Part shown: positions 58,635 to 64,000 of the stretch, one piece after another
How positions within the stretch are numbered: the first letter of the stretch is position 1
Layout: every line of letters begins with the position of its first letter
From: a virus
IMG/VR virus record: IMGVR_UViG_3300017605_000342
Span: 1-64,000 of that record
DNA: 64,000 nt
Direction: 5' to 3' (one strand)
Notes under the pieces: generated by a model
What the model was told of the DNA's origin: nothing
Seen by the model: only the letters and a program-made list of their open reading frames with translations
The model's database searches: none
Position numbers and translations under genes: made by a program

Positions 58635-58925
58635 ATGTTCTCTAACGTACGAAAGCAAGAAATTTATTGCCATGCCTGTGACGGGCACGTACAGTTTGAA
58701 TTAGATTTAGACTTAGATGGTAACTATGAACTTAACTGCCCCAACTGTGGGCACACACATTATAGACTAGTACGCAAAGGACGAATCACAGACCAGCGTT
58801 GGCGATCTTCTAGTATGATGTACACTACCATCACCAGCGCGACGTTTACATGGACGGCCACAGCCACCACCTGTACTGGCACTGGGGCCTTCCACCTGTA
58901 TTATTGCAACTCTTCTACGACATGA
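58635..58925 (+). CDS. zinc-ribbon protein with Thr-rich tail
   Basis: CHAC...CPNCGHTH. Confidence 0.55.
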   Translation: MFSNVRKQEIYCHACDGHVQFELDLDLDGNYELNCPNCGHTHYRLVRKGRITDQRWRSSSMMYTTITSATFTWTATATTCTGTGAFHLYYCNSSTT

Positions 58926-59293
58926 AAATTCTCTTCTTAGACGACGACCATTCTCGGATCAAACTAGCAAAACGACAATGTATAGGCCACGATTTAATCG
59001 TTGCAGAAACCGCTAAACAAGCCATCTATGCTCTCGGTACTGGCGCTGTCTTTGACGTTGTGTCTTTAGACCATGACTTAGGCGGCGAAACTATGGTTAA
59101 ATCCGGTGATGGTACTGGCTATGAAGTAGCTGTGTTCATTAGTCAAATGGATCTCCCGCCACAGCGCGTTATCTTACACACGTTCAATCCAGCCGGTGCC
59201 AGAACCATGTGGTACAAACTGGCACAGGTACCAGAATTAGTACAAGAATTTTTTGGAAGCCCTGCATATTTTAGAATACTAACAACACCATGA
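58922..59293 (+). CDS. cyclic-phosphate-processing receiver (REC-like) domain protein
   Basis: ILFLDDD, SLDHDLG, TGYEV, HTFNP.G. Confidence 0.8.
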   Translation: MKILFLDDDHSRIKLAKRQCIGHDLIVAETAKQAIYALGTGAVFDVVSLDHDLGGETMVKSGDGTGYEVAVFISQMDLPPQRVILHTFNPAGARTMWYKLAQVPELVQEFFGSPAYFRILTTP

Positions 59294-59627
59294 AACTAAA
59301 TCCATGTACAAAATGTGGTTGTGCTATGGTGCTAAAGCACTATAAACAACCAGACAGTGACGGCCCGTTCAATTCTCATAACCCACAACATGAATGGGAT
59401 TACATAGAGTGTATTGAGTGCCACGCTCAGTGGATATATGTCACGCCTCTAAGCGAAGTTGTTAACCCCGAAGATTTAGCAGATGCTATTGCTGAAAAAT
59501 TCGCAGCCAGCTTGGTACTGGGTGGAGGCAAACCGCGAAAGAAAGAAACACCTATACCTAACATTGTTACAGCGTGGAATACAGGAGATGACATACACTG
59601 CTCCTGTAATGGAGGAACGAGGTTCGG

Positions 59628-60089
59628 ATGATTACAGAATTTAGGGGCAAATACGCTAAGTTCTCAAACTTCTACGATTGCCCTGTAGAGTGGGAAGGCA
59701 GACACTACCCCACCACAGAGCACGCATTCGCGGCTGCCAAGACAACGGACTTGATCGAAGAAGAGGCTATCCGTACAGCACCCACACCGGGAGAAGCCAA
59801 AAAGCTTGGACGTTTGGTGGTACACAAGCGTACAGACTGGGGCAAAATAAAACCCGTCATTATGTTAGGGCTATTGCGCATCAAGTTCTCTAAAGAGCCA
59901 TTCAAATCGTTACTGCTATCTACAGGTGACGAAGAGATCTGTGAAGGCAACTGGTGGCACGATAACTATTGGGGCAACTGTACTTGTGACGGATGTAGTC
60001 ACATAGACGGACATAACACACTAGGCAAAACACTAATGCTAATTAGGAAAGAGTTACAACTTACATCATGGATGAAATCTCTCAGCTAA
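59628..60089 (+). CDS. NADAR (YbiA-like) family protein
   Basis: FSNFY, TTEHAF.A.K, AKKLGR, KF, LLSTG, EGN.W.D.YWG, G.N.LGK.LM.IR. Confidence 0.9.
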   Translation: MITEFRGKYAKFSNFYDCPVEWEGRHYPTTEHAFAAAKTTDLIEEEAIRTAPTPGEAKKLGRLVVHKRTDWGKIKPVIMLGLLRIKFSKEPFKSLLLSTGDEEICEGNWWHDNYWGNCTCDGCSHIDGHNTLGKTLMLIRKELQLTSWMKSLS

Positions 60090-60324
60090 CACAACGCAAT
60101 GCTTTTAGATCAGCAAAGTGGTGGGAAATGTTTTATAGATACTACCCTTATATGAGGAATCAAACATCAGTACAAAACAGTGCGGTAAATGCAAAAAAGT
60201 CTTATCAGAAAAAAAGTTCTACAAAAAAGGTAAAGGGTTAACCTCTAAGTGTCAGGTATGTTCTCGGTCATATCAGAATACATACTATGATCGTACAAAG
60301 ACTAGTCATATTATCTTACAAGAA

Positions 60325-61158
60325 TTGCATGTGTTAAACTTAGGTGCCGGCGTGCAGTCAACTACGCTGTACTTGATGAATCTTCAAGGACTATTCCAGC
60401 CTCGATTTGATTGTGCGATATTCGCAGACACACAAGAAGAACCGGAAGAAGTGTATCATCACCTACAATGGTTACAGCAGCACCCAATCCCGGTGCTAGT
60501 AGGCACGTTCGGTAAGCTAGGAGACGACCTGATCCACGGTAAAGCTACCACAGTTGGCACCAGACGCTGGGCATCTATTCCTGCATTTGTGGTGTCACAG
60601 GATGGTAAGATAGGACGCATTAAGCGCCAGTGTACTGCAACCTATAAGATTGATGTAGTAGAAAACGTGCTACGGCAAGAGGTTCTTAAGCTACCGGCGG
60701 GCAAACATATACGTGGTACCCGCACAAAGATACACCAATACTATGGCATATCTGTTGATGAAAAGAGTAGGGCCTCCCGTATCTACGAAAACAACTTGGA
60801 CAAACCGTGGTCTGAAGCACACTTTCCGCTGTTGGATTTAGGAATGACTCGTACTGATTGTGTACAGTGGTTAAGCACTCAAAACATCCCCCACACTGTG
60901 CCTAGATCAGCCTGTACGTTCTGCCCTTTCCACACTAACGCAGAGTGGCTACGTATCAAGACAGAAGATTCTGCGGCATGGAATAGGTCAGTGCAAATAG
61001 ATCGAGCATTGCGGGAAACTACAACACAATGTAATCAAGGACTATATGGAGAAATGTATTTACACAGTTCTTGTAAACCATTAGAAGAAGTAGAATTTAC
61101 TAAGAAAGGTCCAGAGGTAAGCTTTGAATCTGAATGCACTGGAATGTGTGGCAACTAG
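60325..61158 (+). CDS. PAPS-reductase-like/PP-loop (HUP) protein, probably Fe-S; may start at ATC 60166
   Basis: LGAGVQST, FADT, RQCT..YK, GIS.DE..R, FPL, RSACTFCPF, ECTGMCG. Confidence 0.75.
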   Translation: MHVLNLGAGVQSTTLYLMNLQGLFQPRFDCAIFADTQEEPEEVYHHLQWLQQHPIPVLVGTFGKLGDDLIHGKATTVGTRRWASIPAFVVSQDGKIGRIKRQCTATYKIDVVENVLRQEVLKLPAGKHIRGTRTKIHQYYGISVDEKSRASRIYENNLDKPWSEAHFPLLDLGMTRTDCVQWLSTQNIPHTVPRSACTFCPFHTNAEWLRIKTEDSAAWNRSVQIDRALRETTTQCNQGLYGEMYLHSSCKPLEEVEFTKKGPEVSFESECTGMCGN

Positions 61159-62052
61159 ATGATAGCATTTAAAAAATTAGGTCAAATGGGGCGGCTAGGC
61201 AATCAGATGTTTCAGATTGCTTCTACCATAGGTATAGCCAAAACACTCAAGCAGGATTACGCATTTCCCAAATGGGAATACCAATCTTTTTTTGAAAAAC
61301 CGCTGCCCTCTTTGGACGGCCCCTATGCGCTAAGCTCTGGTATTCTCACGATAGATTCTACCCCACCCACAATAGAACGTGGGTATCACTTTAAATCTTA
61401 TGCAGAAACGGTTGTGGAGAACTTGGTATTGGAAGGATACCTGCAATCCCCTAAGTATTGGGAAGGCCATGAAGACGAGGTACTATCGTACCTCAAACTC
61501 AACGAAAAAACCTTCCGCAAAGTCTTTGAAAACTTTGTCAGTCTCGCACAAAAGTTCCCTCCCAGATTAAAACTAGAACTGGTAGGAATACATGTACGCA
61601 GGGGAGATTACGCAGGTAACGACCTGTATCACACCAACCTAGCTAATACAAAGTACTATCAATTAGCTTTAATGAAACTAGCCCTTTTAGTAAAACACTA
61701 TCAACTTAACGCTGTAGTTTTTTCTGACGATATTGAGTTCTGTAAACAGTACTTTGATCAACCCCCATATTCTTGGGAGCACCTGTCGTCACCTGGAGTA
61801 CACAATGTTAACTTTGTATACAGTGACACACAAGATCCTATCGTAGATATGTTTACCATGTCCTTGATGGATCACCAAATCATTGCCAATTCAAGCTTTA
61901 GTTGGTGGGCGGCATACCTATCTGGCAGGAGAAAGAAAGTACCCGGTCATGTAATTAGCCCCGGAGATATGATACCGTGGTTCGGCCCCAAGTACGATCA
62001 GCAAGAATACAACACTGAAGATTTAATCCCGAAAGAGTGGCATCAAATATGA
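61159..62052 (+). CDS. alpha-1,2-fucosyltransferase-like glycosyltransferase family 11
   Basis: GRLGNQMFQ, GYLQS, HVRRGDY, FSDD, IIANSSFSWWAAYL. Confidence 0.9.
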   Translation: MIAFKKLGQMGRLGNQMFQIASTIGIAKTLKQDYAFPKWEYQSFFEKPLPSLDGPYALSSGILTIDSTPPTIERGYHFKSYAETVVENLVLEGYLQSPKYWEGHEDEVLSYLKLNEKTFRKVFENFVSLAQKFPPRLKLELVGIHVRRGDYAGNDLYHTNLANTKYYQLALMKLALLVKHYQLNAVVFSDDIEFCKQYFDQPPYSWEHLSSPGVHNVNFVYSDTQDPIVDMFTMSLMDHQIIANSSFSWWAAYLSGRRKKVPGHVISPGDMIPWFGPKYDQQEYNTEDLIPKEWHQI

Positions 62053-62444
62053 AAGCCAAGCTAGCGAAGGTTTACTACGAATACGAAGAATGTTGCGATG
62101 ATTATACGAAGAGGATGTACATCTCTACTATCTCTGACTGGGAAGAATTAGACGTAAAGCAGTTAGCAGCTCTGCACAAGTTCGTGCGGGAGTTTAATTA
62201 CCGCAGATCCCACGACACTGGAAAATACATTGTATTAGAAGAGATCCCAAACGCCATGATCTTTGAGTGTATAGAAAAACAAATGCTTAAAGAGAAAGCT
62301 GCCCTAGAACGTGCAGCCAAGCTTGACAAGCTGCGAGAACTAGACAAAAAGAAAAAAGAGATGGATCGTAAGCTCAAAAAAGAATTACGTGAACAAGCTA
62401 TGTTTGCAAAACTCTCTAAAAAATACGCGGGAGCCACAACATGA
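62049..62444 (+). CDS. hypothetical protein with charged coiled-coil tail
   Basis: ATGA-coupled on both sides. Confidence 0.55.
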   Translation: MKAKLAKVYYEYEECCDDYTKRMYISTISDWEELDVKQLAALHKFVREFNYRRSHDTGKYIVLEEIPNAMIFECIEKQMLKEKAALERAAKLDKLRELDKKKKEMDRKLKKELREQAMFAKLSKKYAGATT

Positions 62445-62803
62445 AAAAATTATTTTTGTTACTGCTGTTAGTATTACCCAAAAATTCATTTAGTCAATGC
62501 AATTTGATGGCTGATGGTGGTATTCAAGCATTTGTAAAGTGGAACACTGCATTGACGTTTAGCTGGGTCCCTCCCGAAAATACGTCAGGACTACTGTATT
62601 ACAGGATACGCAGGGCAAGCACAATCTCTGGAACTTACACCGTTATAGCGACAATCCCATTTGACAGAAACAGCTACAACATAGTATGGAAGGGTGGAGA
62701 TTACCACTACTTTGTCACGTCATGGTATTCAATCATGGAAAATGGTGTCTCTGTTATCAGAGAATCTGTCGGTTCTAACCAAGTACGCGTAAGGACACGG
62801 TAA
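62441..62803 (+). CDS. secreted FN3-like beta-sandwich protein
   Basis: signal peptide MKKLFLLLLLVLP; LTFSW.PP..YYRIRR..YHYFVTS..ES..SN. Confidence 0.55.
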   Translation: MKKLFLLLLLVLPKNSFSQCNLMADGGIQAFVKWNTALTFSWVPPENTSGLLYYRIRRASTISGTYTVIATIPFDRNSYNIVWKGGDYHYFVTSWYSIMENGVSVIRESVGSNQVRVRTR

Positions 62804-63249
62804 TGATCACAGTCATTCAAGGTAATATCTGGGATTACCATGCACAAGGGCATTACATTACAGTTACTACAAACTGCAATCGGAAAGCCAACGGTCACGT
62901 AGTTATGGGTAAGGGTATTGCGTTGGAGGCCAAACAGCGCTTTCCAGATATCCCTCGAAAGCTGGGAGAGGTCGCAGACCTACGCTCTGTCGTGGTGTTC
63001 CCCGATGAACGGATTATCACGTTCCCAACCAAGATGAACTGGTATGAGAATTCAACCATAGAGCTAATATCATCCAGCTTCGCACAACTTATCATAGCGG
63101 CTGAACGGCTGTTACCCTTACGCAAGAAGCCTATATACTGTGTAAAATTTGGCTGTGCTAACGGACGACTCTCATGGGAAAAAGATGTACGTCCCTTCCT
63201 AGAGCCGTTCATAGATGAAAAGGAATTTGTATTTGTAGACCGCTCATGA
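62803..63249 (+). CDS. macrodomain (DarG-like ADP-ribose hydrolase)
   Basis: GNIWD, TTNC, VMGKGIA..KQRFP, ITFPTK..W, FGCANG.L.W. Confidence 0.85.
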   Translation: MITVIQGNIWDYHAQGHYITVTTNCNRKANGHVVMGKGIALEAKQRFPDIPRKLGEVADLRSVVVFPDERIITFPTKMNWYENSTIELISSSFAQLIIAAERLLPLRKKPIYCVKFGCANGRLSWEKDVRPFLEPFIDEKEFVFVDRS

Positions 63250-64000
63250 TACATGTATATACCATAGTCTACGACAATGCATCATTTTTGGAATTACAGT
63301 TTCATTCTTTCAGGAAACACTTTCCATTACAAAGGTTCATTGTTATAGATAATGCCCCAAACCCAGAAGTCAGCAATGACATTAAGAACTTTGTAACTAC
63401 CCACCAGAAGTGTTACTCAATACGAGTAGCTAATCCACGCTTCGACAATGGCGGGTTGTCTCATCAGCGAGCCTTACAGACTGCCCTAGACCACATGGAA
63501 GGTATATCGATTATCTGCGATCCAGACGTGTTTGTTCTTAAGCCATTCATGGAAAGTATGGATGACTATGAGTTTGCGGGGCTAATGCAGGGAACTCCTG
63601 ACGTGCGTTATCTGTGGCCAGGATTCATGATCGTTGCAACATATGCGCTCAAAGATAAACTTGATTTACGCGGGGCGCTGGTTAACCCCAACGATCTAAA
63701 TGACTTCATCGTACCAGACCCAGCAGCGGGCTGGACATGGGAACAATATCCATATCAAATACAAACACGTATAAGCACGGATAGCGGTGGTTTACTGTGC
63801 CGCTACATTCAAAAACATAACCCAAAAATTAGAGAGTTATCTCTTGACTTTTGTACAGAAATATGCGACAATACCGGAATAATTCCAGTAGGTTTGCAAC
63901 ACAAATACTCAGACCTATATCATTTTTGGGTCATAGGCGGTGGGGTGCTGCACTCTGGAAGGTTGTCTAATTGGGACAACCGCCCTTCTAATGAAGTTGC
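63246..64000 (+). CDS. GT-A fold glycosyltransferase-like protein (runs off the window end)
   Basis: ATGA-coupled start; MIHVYTIV..FLELQ..IVIDNA..HQRALQ..ICDPDVF (DxD); open to the end of the window. Confidence 0.55.
   Translation, partial: MIHVYTIVYDNASFLELQFHSFRKHFPLQRFIVIDNAPNPEVSNDIKNFVTTHQKCYSIRVANPRFDNGGLSHQRALQTALDHMEGISIICDPDVFVLKPFMESMDDYEFAGLMQGTPDVRYLWPGFMIVATYALKDKLDLRGALVNPNDLNDFIVPDPAAGWTWEQYPYQIQTRISTDSGGLLCRYIQKHNPKIRELSLDFCTEICDNTGIIPVGLQHKYSDLYHFWVIGGGVLHSGRLSNWDNRPSNEV

Noticed and set aside
1-64000. Stop-codon reassignment (TAG/TGA recoding), as seen in some large phages
   Set aside because: RecA, NrdJ, primase-helicase, ligase and PARP are full length in the standard code, TAG and TGA end genes at natural boundaries, and no suppressor tRNA was found
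1-64000. Minus-strand ORFs in the supplied track
   Set aside because: All are antisense shadows of + strand genes or tRNAs with no recognisable motifs
1-64000. CRISPR array or cas genes
   Set aside because: No regularly spaced direct repeats seen; recurring GGTTC motifs are tRNA T-arms

Overview
The window is a 64 kb segment of a large tailed-phage (jumbo-like) genome. Essentially every credible gene is on the + strand and tightly packed, often with ATGA or TAATG overlaps, and the standard genetic code gives full-length conserved genes. No structural genes are present. Content: early, auxiliary and replication genes (sigma factor, ATP-dependent DNA ligase, primase-helicase, SF2 helicase, RecA, class II ribonucleotide reductase, two cytosine methylases, HhH glycosylase), an M15 endolysin-like peptidase and glycosyltransferases. 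There are 22 tRNA or tRNA-like genes with encoded CCA, dispersed in 12 loci. Highlights: (1) an ~11 kb promoter-led cluster (23.3-34.7 kb) joining a nicotinamidase-like hydrolase and a TerY-P-like vWA/PP2C/kinase triad with membrane coiled-coil proteins and a complete ABC importer whose binding protein is fused to an OmpA_C domain; (2) a full WGR-helical-catalytic PARP, with NADAR and macrodomain erasers elsewhere in the window; (3) an RNA-repair set (PNKP, three RNA ligases, RlaP-like nucleotidyltransferase, cyclic-phosphate receiver domain); (4) structurally odd tRNAs, notably a tRNA-Tyr-like RNA with no D-arm and a possible pseudoknotted core, and several tRNAs that carry the stop codon of the upstream gene. 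All family calls come from motif recognition by eye; no database searches were run.
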